Assembly: GCF_009914755.1 (NCBI RefSeq)
Contig: NC_060926.1
Reading direction: 5' to 3' (one strand)
DNA: 64,000 nt
Source of the DNA: the human T2T-CHM13v2.0 reference genome, Homo sapiens
Position 1 is the first letter of the stretch, and every line of letters begins with the position of its first letter. A program made the translations under genes and the position numbers. Below the pieces are notes generated by a model. That model searched no databases, was not told the origin of the DNA, and saw only the letters and a list, made by a program, of their open reading frames with translations. Below, one piece after another: positions 1 through 14,272 of the stretch.

Positions 1-145
1 CAGGTAGGTTATTGTTCTCCCATTGTGCAGATTAGGAAACCGAGTCTCAAAAAAGGTTAGGCCATGTGCCAGGGCCACACATTTAGAAGGTGGCAGGGCT
101 AGAATTTGAACGCAGGTCTGCTAGAAAACAAAGCCAGAGCAGAGC
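1..145. mobile_element. MIR fragment
   Basis: MIR core-like: attgttctcccattgtgcagattaggaaaccgagtctc...ggccacac...ggctagaatttgaacgcaggtctg. Confidence 0.7.
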
Positions 146-298
146 CTTCAAACAGTACTCTACGTGGGACCCCAAAACACTTTCTATGTCCTGAATGCTC
201 TATTTGTATTCTTTCATTTTCTGTGCCCATCATTTTTGCTGACTAATTACCAAATTCCAGCTTCTCTGAAATTTGATACTTAATACCATTGGCAGATA

Positions 299-360
299 TG
301 TTTTTTAAGAAAGTAAAAGGTGCCTTTAATGTTTTTTAAGAAAGTAAAAGGTGCCTTTAA
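299..360. repeat. Perfect 31-bp tandem duplication
   Basis: TGTTTTTTAAGAAAGTAAAAGGTGCCTTTAA at 299-329 and 330-360. Confidence 0.95.
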
Positions 361-1167
361 GTTGACTTAATTAACACACAGTCTGTTAAGTATTAAAAAA
401 ACAAAGATTAGCTCTTAAAAAAATCAGTTTTAAAAATTCTACTTTATAAAAATCTTTTCATTAAAGAATAAATTCTACAAACAACTTCTGAAAGCTTCAG
501 CATATTACTGCTAAACATTAGAGTCAACATTTTAGGATGACGTGACTTAAAACAGTGAAAAATTAAACCCTCATTCATAGATTAAAATGCAAATACTGAC
601 AAGCCTTTAATTACAGCTTCAGAACTCTGATAAATTTACAGCAATTACACTTTGCATTAGATTAGGTGTCTTGGCAGCACAAATGATAAACAAATTTTTA
701 AAAAGCTTACAAAGGGACAAAAAGGGACAATATTTTAGCCAGTTCCATTTTCATCACTGGTAGTCCTTCTACATTTTGCCTCTCAAAACCCGGAAGCTGC
801 CTTGGAACGTGAAAAGACCCTCTATGGATGAAGCTTGCAACTATTTACACACATTCAATCTAATTAGGGGACCTGGTGGCTGGATAAGCATGCTAAGTGC
901 CCACTCATCCCAAAAGAGCCTAGTAGTCTCTCAGCCTTCTCTAGCCTAATTTTTCCTGTTATCAGGTCAGGCAAACAAACTACATTCTTCTATCTCCAAG
1001 GGCAAAGAAAACAAGCTAATTCAATTTTCTTGATAATATTTATATGGGCTTAATTTGCATGCCAAAATGGATAGAAAACAAAGTCACTCGTGAATAAAGG
1101 GGTGGTTGTATTAGACCCTCAGCCTTTCCTGCACGAGTGGTTTGGCACCATCAGGAAGAGCGTTCAT

Positions 1168-1290
1168 CAGCACTCAGAGAGAACTTCCCGTATGGACAGC
1201 ACTCAGAGAGCACGTCCTGTGTGGGCAGCATTCAGGGAGGACTTCCTCTATGGATAGCAATCAGGGAGCACTTCCTGCATGGACAACACT
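1168..1290. repeat. Degenerate 29-bp minisatellite, ~4.2 copies
   Basis: Units begin at 1168, 1197, 1226, 1255 and 1284; consensus approximately CAGCACTCAGRGAGCACTTCCTGTATGGA. Confidence 0.9.
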
Positions 1291-1811
1291 GATGCCTCCT
1301 TCCCGCCAGAAGCCCCACTGGGCCTCCTACACTAAAAGGATCAACAACAGGCACAGGGCAACTATACACAGGGTAATACTATCTCCCTCTCTATCACATC
1401 ACCCCCTATAGAGAAGAGAGAAATAGTCTCTCCTCTATGAATACAAATCTAAAGGTCATTTACAAAATTAACCACATGTGAACTAAAATACATTAGTAAT
1501 CATGTACATTGTTATAGATTTCTATGCAGCAAAGATAATTTTAAAACAAAAACTTGTCATTTAAAATTCTATTGTCTCATTTCCTTCCTATTACTAATAG
1601 GCTAAAGAACAGTGCTCTGACCAATCTTATAGCTGAAGCTGTCCTCCTCTTCCCACCCCCACCTTACTTAGCCACTTCTCTAATAATTCTAGTACGTTTT
1701 GAAGGGAAAGGAAAGCTAGGACCTGCCCTTTAATTTTCTTCAAGTCTTCTTTAAAGTTTTCATCCTTATAGTTCAAGAAGGTTATCATTCCCACCCCTGT
1801 TGCCCCTACAC

Positions 1812-1845
1812 CCACCACCACCACCACGACCACCACCACCACCAT
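1812..1845. repeat. (CCA)n trinucleotide repeat
   Basis: ccaccaccaccaccacgaccaccaccaccatc; explains the poly-Val ORF 1627..1845. Confidence 0.9.
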
Positions 1846-3466
1846 CCCAAACAGCAGGTTGGTTTAATACATCAACTATTTCCTTCATCCAGAAGCAAAA
1901 TAATCACTACAGTTGCTCCTGAAAGCAGACAGAAGTTTACAGAACATTATCATTTTCACAGGGAAACAGTATAAGATCAAGCCTGAAATGAACTGAGTAC
2001 TATGTGAAGACAATGTCTGCTACACTTATTTCCATACACCAGTTCCTCTCTGTATGCTTTCAAGATGTAAAAGGAATTTAACAATTTAAATAAATTATCA
2101 AAAAGGAATGAGGGGGGCCCCCACATGGGCCAGTTATCACTACAGTCAGAACATTTTCTTTGTTTCCTTTTGGCCATATGAGTGACTGAGAGAGGGCTGG
2201 GAATGGTGGCTGGAAAGAGAAGTTCTGGCACAGGGAACTGGAAAAACAAAACTAAATGTGGGAGGTGAACTGGAGAGGGGTGAGAAACTGGCCAGGAATC
2301 AGTTGCTCCTATGGATAGGTCAGAGAAGGAATGCCTGAGGCCAGGATGTTAAAAAACACATAGCTACTAGATTAATGAAGAGTAAGGCCCCTTTACACAG
2401 CCAGTGTGTCTCACTTATACATACCATGGAGTTAAGGAAATAATCAATTAATCCCATTTGATAACAAGGATATCAAAGCTTAAAATCACATAGCTAATTA
2501 GTTAATGAAACTGGTTCTCATATCTTCACTGTTCCTTGTTTGGAAAAAAACTTTGCAGCTTCTCAAGACTGTGAAACTGACCAATAGAGTATTAAATTTT
2601 TTTTTTGGCTGGATTAAGCCTGTCAAAGGAGAGGGGCCCATGTTACCTTCACTATTCCAATAAAACCTAAAAATAAAAATTCCCAATATGTTTCACAATT
2701 AATTCTCAAAGATATCCATCAAAGTTGATCCTTGCATGTAAAACTGCAATCTCCACATAGAAATCTCTTTACCTAAGTTCATGAATAAACCATCATTTTC
2801 TTATGCTTCAGATAAAAGAATTAAAGTTAAGACTTGCATTGTTGAATACAACATGACTGACTGAGATTTCCTTCCAGATCCCATCAAGACATTAGATTCC
2901 TTATCATTCAAGTATCTTTTAAGGGTTGGTTCTGTGCTCCTGAATGCTTATCAGCCCAATTGTTCTATTTCCTTCAAAAGTTCTTCTAAGAACTCCAGCG
3001 ACTCGCCAAGTTGCCCACTGAGAACTCTGGGCCAGGAAACACACAAGAGTTTTTGTGCAATTTGTTCCATCTAGTTTTTGTAACAGCATTTATAAGGGGT
3101 ATGGGTGTGTGAATATGAAGATACCAGACTGAAGACATTAAATTTAAATTAATCACCACAAAACTAGAGGGCCAAAAGAGAAAGTAAGGGGACTAAGGCA
3201 ATGATTTCAAAATTTCCTTGCCAGAGAATGCATTCATCAGAAAGGAAAAGCTTTTAAGAGTGGGTTCCCAGCCTTAGCTACCCTTAATTGCATTGCTTAT
3301 AATGGTGTAGTACAGTACAGTTTCTAAAAATAGAGTTCAACCAAGGGAAGATCAGGGAGGAGGGAGGATGAAAAGACAGGGGACAAAAAGGTTGAGGAAG
3401 GCTTCACAGAGGGGGTGGATGGCTGAGTGAGCTGAATACAAATGACATGTCATTAAGAATAAAAGG

Positions 3467-3753
3467 GGTGGTGGCTCATATCTGTAATCCCAGCACTTTG
3501 GGAGGCCAAGGTGGGAGGATCACTTGAGCCCAGGGGGTTGAGACCAACCTGAATAACATAGCAGGACCCTGACTCTACAAAAAAAATTTGGTGGCACACG
3601 CCTGTAGTCCCAGCTACTGAAAAGGCTGAGACAAGAGGATCACTTGAGCCCAGGTCAAGGCTGCAGTGAGCTGTGATTGTGCCACTGCACTCCAGCCTGG
3701 GTAACAGAGCGAGACCTTGTCTCAAAAACAAAAACAAACAAACAAACAAAAAC
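3467..3753 (+). mobile_element. Alu (AluJ-like) with (AAAC)n tail
   Basis: Alu dimer with diagnostic GGATCACTTGAGCCCAGG; TSD AATAAAAGG. Confidence 0.92.
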
Positions 3754-4055
3754 AATAAAAGGAATGGCAAATCTGAAAGAAAGGTGGGTAGAGTAAGAAG
3801 AGGAGTGACCAACAAGGACATAGACTGGAAGGATCATTCTTCACAAAAGCCAGAGAATTACCCTGGTTGGTTCAGAGGAAGCTCCCACAAGTTGATGTTG
3901 GGGTAGGAGTGTGGTGGTACTAAAAAGGTAGTAGGAAGAACCTAAAAAGCAAGGTGGAATGTGGACATGATGTCACAGGTTACCAGAATCTCACATGTAG
4001 AAAAGAATTTAAACACAGTAAATGAAGAGCATGGCTTCTGGAGAATGCAAAACTA

Positions 4056-4511
<456 letters not shown>

Positions 4512-6083
4512 TCACGTGTGAAATAAGCAGGTTAGCCTGGATGATTTCTAAGCTTCCTTCCAGCTCCAAAATACTCTAAAATTCTGGATAGTGCTGGACA
4601 GTGCCATCTCCAGATAAGACATATCAAGACAGAGCCCAGTCAGGACCTTTAGTACTCTTGTCTGTCTGCCAAATAGAGAAATGGAGCAAGAGTTTGTTAA
4701 ACTGGCAGACTCCAAGGCCAACTTCTGTGACATCGTGCAACTTAAGACCAACAGACATCATACTGCGGCACCATTTTCCTATGCCCCTTAGGCCAGCATG
4801 GATTCCCGACTTAGTCATAAGTGATTCTAAGAAAATATTCTAAATATGTAAGCTATCCTAAAACAACAACTGAAGCCTAAAGGAACAAATGTAAAACAAA
4901 AAACAATCTTAAAGAGCTCCTGAAACCAGAGTATCCTTAAGGTAGAAACAATATTACAGCTGAAATAACCATAATAACTTAAGATCTATAGAGACTGTAT
5001 GTTACTTAGCAGCCTGCCATCTTTGTGTTTCAACGTGTAATCAGTATAAAGAGTTACATTTCACATTCTATTCAATCTCTTCTATATACAAGGACCCTGT
5101 AACAGCTCCAAAACCACTTTAAAAGAAAATTCAACACAATAAATAAATTACAGCCCAAACAAACAGTAATTAGAACGCAGTAAACACAAAATCCCACCCA
5201 ACTTCAGGTGCAAAATTAATTATTCTTCTGAATTCTGAATGCAGGTGTGCAGTGTTTTCCTCCTCCTTGAATTTCCAGATCCATGCCAGTTTTCTTCCTC
5301 AACACAGAGCCTTGTGAAGGGGACAAGAGCAAACTCTTCCTTTACTTTTTACTCAAAATAAATGGAAAAAAAAAAAAAAAGAAAGAAAACTTCCTAGGGG
5401 AAGTGAAACATTACTTTTATCATGACAGTTCAGAATACCTCTGCAATGCATTTCCTGCCTCACCCCAGTAGATTTAGGATTCCAGGGCTGACAACTTCCT
5501 CCCAGCTGTTTTTTAAAGTCTATCTACAGTACAGTCTGTATCTTAGTATTTCTTGTAAGTAATGAATTACCGCTGAGATTGTAAAGTCCTCAGGGTGGAA
5601 AATACCCATTCAAAAACATACTTTCTCCACATTAAACAAACTTACTGAAAGTATTATTAGGTGATTAAATATTAAGTTAGAAAACTTATATGAGTAAGCT
5701 TATAAAAAAAATACTCCCACAAAACCAACTTATTTATTTATTCTTAGATCCAGCGGGACATGTGAATGACCTTGCAGTACCATGGGTTTCACAATTTAGC
5801 CCCTAGAGAAAAAAGCATTATCTGTACTTACAGGAAACTGAACAAGTATTTGCAATCTCCCCATAATAATAACTTAAAAACATAAAATCTTATCTGACAA
5901 TGTTGTAATTTTGTGTATAAACATCACTGAGAAAATTTTTTGAATTAATATAACTCAACAATACTGTCTACTTTTGTTTCTTTCTCATGGTAAAATCTAG
6001 TAGCTTATATCTGATATGAATAATTAGAGAAAGTGAGTGATACTAGAACAGCTCTTCTATTATATATCAGTCTATGTATTTCT

Positions 6084-6436
6084 TTTTTTTATTTTTTAAT
6101 TTATCTTATTTTATTTTTTTAAGAGACAGAGTCTCGCTCTGCCTCATGGGCTGGAATGCAGTAGTGCAATCATGGCTCACCACACCCTCAAACTCCTGGG
6201 CTCAAGTAATCCTCCTGTCACAGCCTCCCACGTAGCTGGGACAATAGGAGCATGCCATCGCGTCTGGCTAATCAAATAAATAAATAAATAAATAAATAAA
6301 AACTTTCTTTGTAGAGACTGGATCTTACTTTATTGCCTGTGTTGCCCAGGCTGCTCTTGAACTCAGCTTCAAGAGATCCTCCTGCCTCAGCCTTTCAAAG
6401 TGCTGGGACTACAGGCATGAGCCACTGGGCCTGGTC
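6084..6436 (-). mobile_element. Alu (AluJ-like)
   Basis: Reverse Alu with poly-T head; TSD ARTCTRTGTATTTCT (6069-6083 / 6437-6451); (TAAA)n in the linker. Confidence 0.92.
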
Positions 6437-6821
6437 AATCTGTGTATTTCTGTGTCATGTTTGCGTGTGTGAACAGTCATGTTTGTGTGTGTGAATAAAG
6501 ATAGAGGGGAAGAGATGGCTGTCTCTAAGCTATACTGCCTGAGAATGGGGCTTGCTGGGTTTTTTTTTTTAACATTTTCGTCCAAGATCCACCTCAAAAG
6601 TTAACTTTTTGCCTGACCTCTCCATCCTATATACATAAATAGGCACAGACATATAAAACTGAAACGTAAGTTTTGTGAAACAATATTTTCCTTTACCAAA
6701 TACAATGTACCCTAATGTTATCTTTCCTAGTATATTTCGTTAAAAGAAATAAATGCTGGTTGTAACCCACTGAACTGATACTTCCCACTAATATTGCCAC
6801 CTACAGGTTAAAAAACAGTGG

Positions 6822-6975
6822 TCAGCAGCGTTTCTCAAACTGATGTGCACGTGAAGCACCTGCACTGTTAAAATGCAGATTTTGACTCAGCCATTTGGGG
6901 TGGGGTCAAGTTTCTGCATTTCTAACACAAGCTTCCAGGTTTTGCTCATGCACAAGGCAGGACTCCTGGTCTGTG
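6822..6975. mobile_element. MER5A-like hAT MITE
   Basis: cagcgtttctcaaact...tgttaaaatgcagatt...tctgcatttctaacacaagcttccagg. Confidence 0.7.
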
Positions 6976-7800
6976 TGAATGAATTTGGGAAGGGCCCCCT
7001 TCCAGCTTTAAGGAGGAGCAAGCTGCATCTATTCACACAGTGAGATAAAAACCTTTGTTCCACTGATTTCAAACCCAGTATCTGCTCAGAATAACAAAAT
7101 GCTAGAGCTGGGAGGGGTATGAGGGATCATAAGAGCCAATAATTATCCACTAGAAGTATAAGGAAATCTTGGGAGATGGCAGGAGGGGAAGCAGAGGTGG
7201 GGACATACTTGAATTTTTGGCAAAGGGAGCTTGGCTTTGAAAATGCTGAGAAACACTGATGTAATGCAACCCCTCACTTTTCAGGAAACCTGAGGCCAGG
7301 AGAAGTCAAACCACATATCCAAGGCCATACAGCTAATCAGAGGGAGAACTGGGCTTCCAGTCCCGACACTGCTGTCATAAAGCACCAGTCCTTGTTTGTT
7401 ACGAGGATTGCAGCAAAGATGATGGTACAGGCCAAATTTTATTAATGAGTTTTTAAAAACTGAGTAAAATTGATATGCTAGACCTGTTAAGACAGCAGAC
7501 AAAAATTATTTTGTGCAGCCTCTTTTATACCTCAGATTTTATCCACTGTCAACTTCTAGATCACTTACTTAGATGTCCAGGTCTATGCTAGATATCCAGT
7601 TGCTTGCTTTAAAGAAAAAAAAAAAAGGAAACACACCTATGAAATTGATAATTTAAAGCTCCCAAAAAATGCTCGTGAATGCCACCCATTTCTATTTTTG
7701 TATTTATTTATATTAAGAATTTTTGAGTAGCATACAAGATCATTATCTGTACCATTTACAAGAAGATACAAAAATCAAACAGGTTAATTAAAGCAGTTTG

Positions 7801-8102
7801 GAGACTGGATGCAGTGGCTCACGCCTGCATCCCAACACTTTGGGAAGCCAAGGCAGGTGATCACTTGAGCCCAGGAATTCAAGATCAGCCTGGGCAACAT
7901 AGCAAAATCCCATTTATACAAAAAGGAAAAAAAAATTAGCTGGGTGTGGTGGTTCACACCTGTGTCCAACTACTGGGGAAGCTGAGGTGGGACGATCACT
8001 TGAGCCGGGAGGTCAAGGCTGCACTGAGCTGAGATCATGCCACTGCTCTGCTCTTCAGCCTGGGCACCAAAGTAAGACTCTATCTATAAAAAAAAAAAAA
8101 AA
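7801..8102 (+). mobile_element. Alu (AluJ-like)
   Basis: Alu dimer with A-tail; TSD AAAGCASTTTG. Confidence 0.92.
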
Positions 8103-8407
8103 GCACTTTGATGCTTTTCTGTCATAAGAGTACACTCAGAGTCAACTACCAATTTAACCGGCTTGAATTAGGAACCCTTAAAGAATCACTAGAATTGCCT
8201 ACCCATGGTCATGTCTCCCTATATATGTCACAAATTCATACACTCAAAACAAGCTACTTCATACTCTGTTTCTTTAAAAATAAAATGGAGAGATTTGTAA
8301 GATTGTTTTATTTTGTGAACTCCACTGTTTGCTTCTTCCTAAAGCTTCACAAAGCATATACTTAGATAAATTCTCTAAAACAAACTGGTTTTCCTTCAGT
8401 TAATGTG

Positions 8408-8707
8408 GGCTGGACGTGGTGGCTCATGCCTATAATCCCAGCACTTTGGGAGGCAGAGATGGGCAGACTGTTTGAGATCAGGAGTTCAAAACCAGCATGG
8501 GCAACATGGCAAAACCCTATCTCTACAAAAACACAAAAATCAGCTGGGCATGGTGGTGCATGCCTGTAGTCCCAGCTACTCTGGTGGCTGTGGCCAGAGG
8601 ATCACTTGAGCCCAGTTGGCAGAGGTTGCAGTGATCAGAGTGTGCACCATTGCACCCCAGCTTGGGGGGCAATAGAGGAAGAACCTGTCTTAAAAAAAAA
8701 AAAAAAA
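8408..8707 (+). mobile_element. Alu (AluJ-like)
   Basis: Alu dimer with A-tail; TSD AGTTAATGTG. Confidence 0.92.
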
Positions 8708-11700
8708 GTTAATGTGAACCTTGCTTCCAGCAGCCCACCATTATACTCTGAAGGGCTGTTTCTAATTTGACCTAAGCATTTTCCCATTTTTACAGGGACA
8801 AAGTTTATTTCAGGTGAAATTTCTATTTAATGATACTGCATATTTGGACTGAGTATCTACTGCTAACAACAGCCCTGAGACTTTCCTCTGTTTTATGGAG
8901 TCAGCCCATGCACTATTGTCTAATCACTTTAGTGGTGATGGTATCAACCTGGGAATACATAGGTGCCCTGGGAGCTAACCAAACCAAATGCTGGCAAGCC
9001 TCATTCCTCTCTTCATCTCTTCTGAAGCAGATAAATTGAAGTAGAACGTCATTCTGTGGTAAGCAGGATCTGGGAAATGCTTTCAATGTTTACAGAAATC
9101 GGATGCAACATTTTTTCTTTTCGTTTTAAAATTATTTCACAATATTCTATTTGGAGTAGGAAGTTATTGCTCAACAAGAAAAAAAGTGAAGATATTAGTC
9201 TTTCTCTGCACCTTTTTACTTTTCTGTTGCTAAAGTTAATCATAAAGCATCATTTCATCTCTTTTACCAAAATGTGCACATTGCTAGTTATTGAAAATGT
9301 CAAAGAAAATTTCTTTTCCAAAGAACCTCGGACAACATAAAGTTCTGGCCTCTAGAACAGAGACCCAGGACCTCTGTGTGTTTGGGGGCTGGGTGTGGAG
9401 ATCAGTGGGCAACACAGAACTCAGTTCCTACACTTGAGTTTTCTGATCCTTCTCTTCTTTCATGATATTTAGTTTCATTATAAATCTTTTTTCTTTGCTG
9501 TGCATGATCAAACATGCAATCTTTCATTTTCCATTGTTATCCCAGATTAAACTAATTAGTGACGAGTACCCAAAATGAGTTTTGTAAATCTCAGCCTTTC
9601 TAAATGCACAAAATAAGAAAATGACACCATCTCTCCTCACTCACCACAGAGAAACACATTTATGAAGAAAATGATGCCTAAGTGGAAACTGGCTTCAGGA
9701 GCCTCACACTCAATGACTAGTGACGGGGAGCAGCTCTCTGCCCACCCCCACCTAAGCCAAAGCCACCAGTGGGCTTTCCAGAACAGGAAAGGGAAAAACA
9801 GACTAGAGCCCAAACATGGAGAAACACTATGGTGGACCCCTGCCCAGAGGACAGGGCAGACAGGAACAGCATTCTAGGTGTGGCCTGCAGCTACGCCAGG
9901 ACCTCAAAGCGAAGTAAACAGAAAAAAGCAGTAGCATGGAAACTTCAGAGCGCCCCGTACGATATCAAATCATTTTGCTAAAAAAGAAAAAATGCAGGAA
10001 GAGGATACACAAACAGTTTTAAAATTTATATTTCTTTAAAAAGACAACTTCACATATTCCTAAAATTCAAGTCTTCGGATCTAACAGTTTAAATCTTAGA
10101 GCAGAGCAAAAAGAATGCATTAAGAGAAATGGTGGTTTGTTGTTGTTGTTGTTTTGTTTCTGGTAAAGATCGGAACCAAGCATGATAACTTCTAGTATGG
10201 AAAACAATTTAGGAAGGAATAGACAAGCTTCCTTTTCTCCACTGCGGCCAGGAAGCTGGGGAAGTCCACCCACACCCTCGTGGCAGGGAACGGTGGCAGC
10301 CACTCTGCTCTTCCCCGCAACCCAGTAGTTGCTCCAGTTACATAAAAATTGCTCAAATTAAAACATCATCCTACCTTTAGAAGAACTTCCATCACAAAGC
10401 AAATTAAATGAAGATAAAAATCTGCAGGACAGTTTAATCCTGCCTGGATATGTTTTTTTAAATTAATATATAAATTGTAAATATTGCAGTGAGAACTTAT
10501 CCATAAAATCCTGGAGAGGTTATCTCATTCTGCTCTCCCCAGGAATACATGTAGAAACTTGGTCTGCCTTACAGACTCTAACTAACTTCATCTCTGTTCT
10601 CCCTAATTGCAAAATTCAATCTTCCCTTACAATAATAGCTCATATGCAAATCCTGGATAGCAGTCATCCTAGAAATAGATAAAACACTGGGAACAATGTT
10701 TTCCCTTAATAGGGGGATAGGTTTAGCTCTCTTTTTACCCATTTTAGTAAAATGGGTAAAAATGGATCTATAATATTTTATCTTTTTGTTACTATCAAAA
10801 TAACCTAGGCAGTCCTTAAAAATAGTTTAATAAGCAAAAACTAAAGAGGAAAAACCCAAAGCATGACAATTTCTGGAAAATATTTTTTCCCCAGAGAACT
10901 AAGTGTTACGCATAATACTAATTGCTAACATTATTGAGCATTTACTCTGTTTTTGGCATCAAGCTAAATGCATTCTTCATTCAGTTTACAGATAAGAGAA
11001 CAGAAAAGGGAGTTCCCCAAGGTCACCGAGGAGGTAGCAGTCAGGTTGTGAAAGATCAGTCGACAACCTCTTCAGGAGCTGAGTGGAAGAGAAAATGGGA
11101 GTGAAGGAGGCATATGCCATTCAGTTTCACCATACTGGGGGCTTTGTTTGATAGAGAACTACTCTATGAGGCTTTTAGAGAAACTGACCTTTGCTACGAA
11201 TGGTATATCTATGTCATGGTTACTAAACATCTTCCAATAAAACATAACCAAAAGGTTTGGCTCAAGAAACTGGTTGCAAAACAGTACAACTGAGTGACAC
11301 GGCCTTCCTTCCTTCCTCTAATACCAACAGCACAGCATTACTGTGAAGGATTATTGCTAGAAAACATTCAGGAAACCTGCTTTCCTTTAGATCCCAATAT
11401 ATGATATTTCAACTCAACAAAAAGTCAGTACTTTCTAAATGGTGTTTCTACATTTGGATTAAAGAACAAATCTCCCCTACCAGCCTGTCAACCCCTGCAG
11501 GATAAGGGACCAGGCCCTGCCTAGTAATCCCACCCTATGTCTTAGAGCCTGGACTAAGCTTTATGTGTTTGGTGAAGGAACATAGATTAACATTATGTTA
11601 GAAACCATGAAGCTGCTGCAGTGATTAAAATGTTATATGTTGAACACCTCCAGCGTATAAGGAGGTGGGTGAAGTTGGCAAGGGCTAGATGGTGGTGGAA

Positions 11701-12531
11701 CCTAAGTATCTTAGAAAGGAGTCTGAAATCTGGGGAGAAATGCATTAATCATATCATTTTCCTCACTGAAACAGAATCTTTCACTTGAAATTTATTATAT
11801 TTCCTCTCCAGACTAAAGCATCTCCAGAACAATTTCCCAACTCCATGACAGGTGGACTTTTAAAATTCCTAGTTTAGATTTCAAAACACCAGGGACAGTA
11901 GACAAATTATGACTGATAGCAAGAATTATAATTCAGAAAAAAATTTGAGTCCTAATAATCTTATTACCTTTGCATACATGGGGTATATGGGTATCTGTCT
12001 TTTCAAAACAGATTAATCAGAATTACTATAAACCTTCAAGAAGATGTAATCACTTTGGGATCCTCCTGCCTTTGGTAATGGCCACATCTGGTCAGGCAGT
12101 TGTTATTCATTCTTTCCAGGATTTGCTTTATTAGACTTTCAACTGAAAAATGACACCTTCACTCCAATCCTTCTAATTGATTTTTAACCTTAGAGAAGTG
12201 TGAGAGAGTTCGTTAGAGGACTAACTTGTTAATAGAGTCATCTGGGTGGTTTGATAAAATTCTTTCAGAAGAATCACAACACTCCCACCCCACAACACTA
12301 ACGTAGTTTACTTAATTTTTTTTTTTTTAAAAAGCTACTCCTTAAAATGCATTTCATCTCTTTAAAACATTCAGTTCACATGTAGAGCCATCCTAATACA
12401 ATTTAAATGTGATTGGCTCCTGTCAGGAAACGTAAAATGTACGATTTATACAGTAACTACAACACTGTACATGGACATGAACCTATTCCAAAATTTAAGA
12501 TGAAATATCAATGGAGAGAGTGGAAAGTGGC

Positions 12532-12951
12532 TGTTAGTTTCCAAGGGATGCTGTAACCAATTACTACGAACTGGGTAGATTAAAACAACAGAAATGCATT
12601 CTCTCCCAATTCAGGAAAACAGAAGTCTGCAATTAGGGTGTTAGCAGGTTAACATTCCCCCTGAAAGCTGTAAGGGAGAAGCCTTCCTTGCCTCTTCCAG
12701 TAGCGACTCCTGCTGTTCCTTGCCTTGTGACGGCAGAATACCAATATCAACCTCCATCTTCACGTGGCCTTCTCTCTGCATCCTATCCTCTTCTTGAAAG
12801 GACACCAGTCAATGGTCACTGGTCATCTCAAGATCCTTAATTAATTCTACCTGTAATTAATTAATTACAACCACCCTATTTCCAAATAAGGTTACATTCT
12901 GGGGTTCTGGTTAGACATGAATTTGGGGGGGGGGGGAACTGACCCACTACA
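12532..12951 (-). mobile_element. MaLR solo LTR (MLT1C/D-like)
   Basis: TG...CA termini, perfect 5-bp TSD GTGGC, and MLT1 motifs (taaaacaacagaaatgcattctctc, ccctatttccaaataaggttacattctg). Confidence 0.85.
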
Positions 12952-12969
12952 GTGGCTTTCTCTAAAGGA

Positions 12970-13192
12970 CTATTTTATTTTTAAAAAATAGACAAATAAT
13001 AAGTATACAAAATGATGGAGTACTTAGTGATGTTTCAGTACATACAATGTGTAGTAATCAGATCAGGGTAATTAGCATATCTATCATCTCAAACCTCTAT
13101 CATTTATTTGTGTTATGAATATTCAATATCCTCCTTCTAGCTATTTGAAACTATACATTATTGTTAACTATAGTCATTCTATGGTGGTATAG
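12970..13192 (-). mobile_element. L1MA-type 3' end fragment
   Basis: tcagatcagggtaattagcatatctatcatctcaaac...tctagctatttgaaactataca...ttgttaactatagtca. Confidence 0.75.
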
Positions 13193-13387
13193 CGAGCTAT
13201 GTAATCAGAGCACATACAGAGAATTATTTTACAGAAGCAGCCACTACGTTGTAATACCAATGAGTTCTTTAACCATATTTAGATCCAGATAACAACTAAT
13301 AGGTCATCTTGTCCAGTCTCATATCCAAAGTAGGAATTTTCTTTAAGGCATAGAGATTGGGGATGGAGTAAATAAATAAAAACTTAA

Positions 13388-13703
<316 letters not shown>

Positions 13704-14009
13704 TCATTTTTTAAATGAAAAAAAATTGAATTTTCTTTATGGCATAGAATTTTACCTATAGCATAGAGATTTGGGGTGGGGGTAAATTTAAGAAATTTAA
13801 AATGTCATTAGAAAACAGCAGATGTCCCAATTTATTTCTAAAACATTTCTAACTGCTACAACATAGAACAAGTCTAGTCTCCCCTTCTTTTAACCAACTT
13901 TAAATCTTTAGTGATAACTATTATCCCCCAATAATATTCCTCTAAACCTCAAAACAAACAATAACCAAACAATTTCTTTGGCTTGGGCAACTTCTAAGGA
14001 GGCAGTACA

Positions 14010-14245
14010 GCAATTAGGAATGAAAGGATGGATTCTGAAATTACAGTTCATATCCCACCATGGTCACTCACTAACTAGGTGACCTTGGGCAAAGCATTTA
14101 AAGCTTCCAAGTCTCATCTCTTCATCTGTACAGTGAGGAGGAGGATACCATCTATTCCATACTAGCTCGCAGTGTTGTTGTAAAGATTACACAAGCTAAT
14201 TAATAAACTGTCGGGCTTGTAAGAAGTGCTCAGTAACTGCTACCT
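14010..14245. mobile_element. MIR
   Basis: gtgaccttgggcaaagcatttaaagcttc...tcttcatctgta...gttgttgtaaagatta. Confidence 0.7.
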
Positions 14246-14272
14246 ACACTTGAGTCCATCTTTCTCAATGTC

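Noticed and set aside
1168-1290. CRISPR-like array (29-bp repeats)
   Set aside because: Units are contiguous with no unique spacers, there are no cas genes, and the context is eukaryotic.
12852-12869. 18-bp palindrome TGTAATTAATTAATTACA (similarly ATAAACATATATGTTTAT at 56981-56998)
   Set aside because: Built on self-complementary low-complexity (TAAT)n or (AT)n cores; expected by chance.
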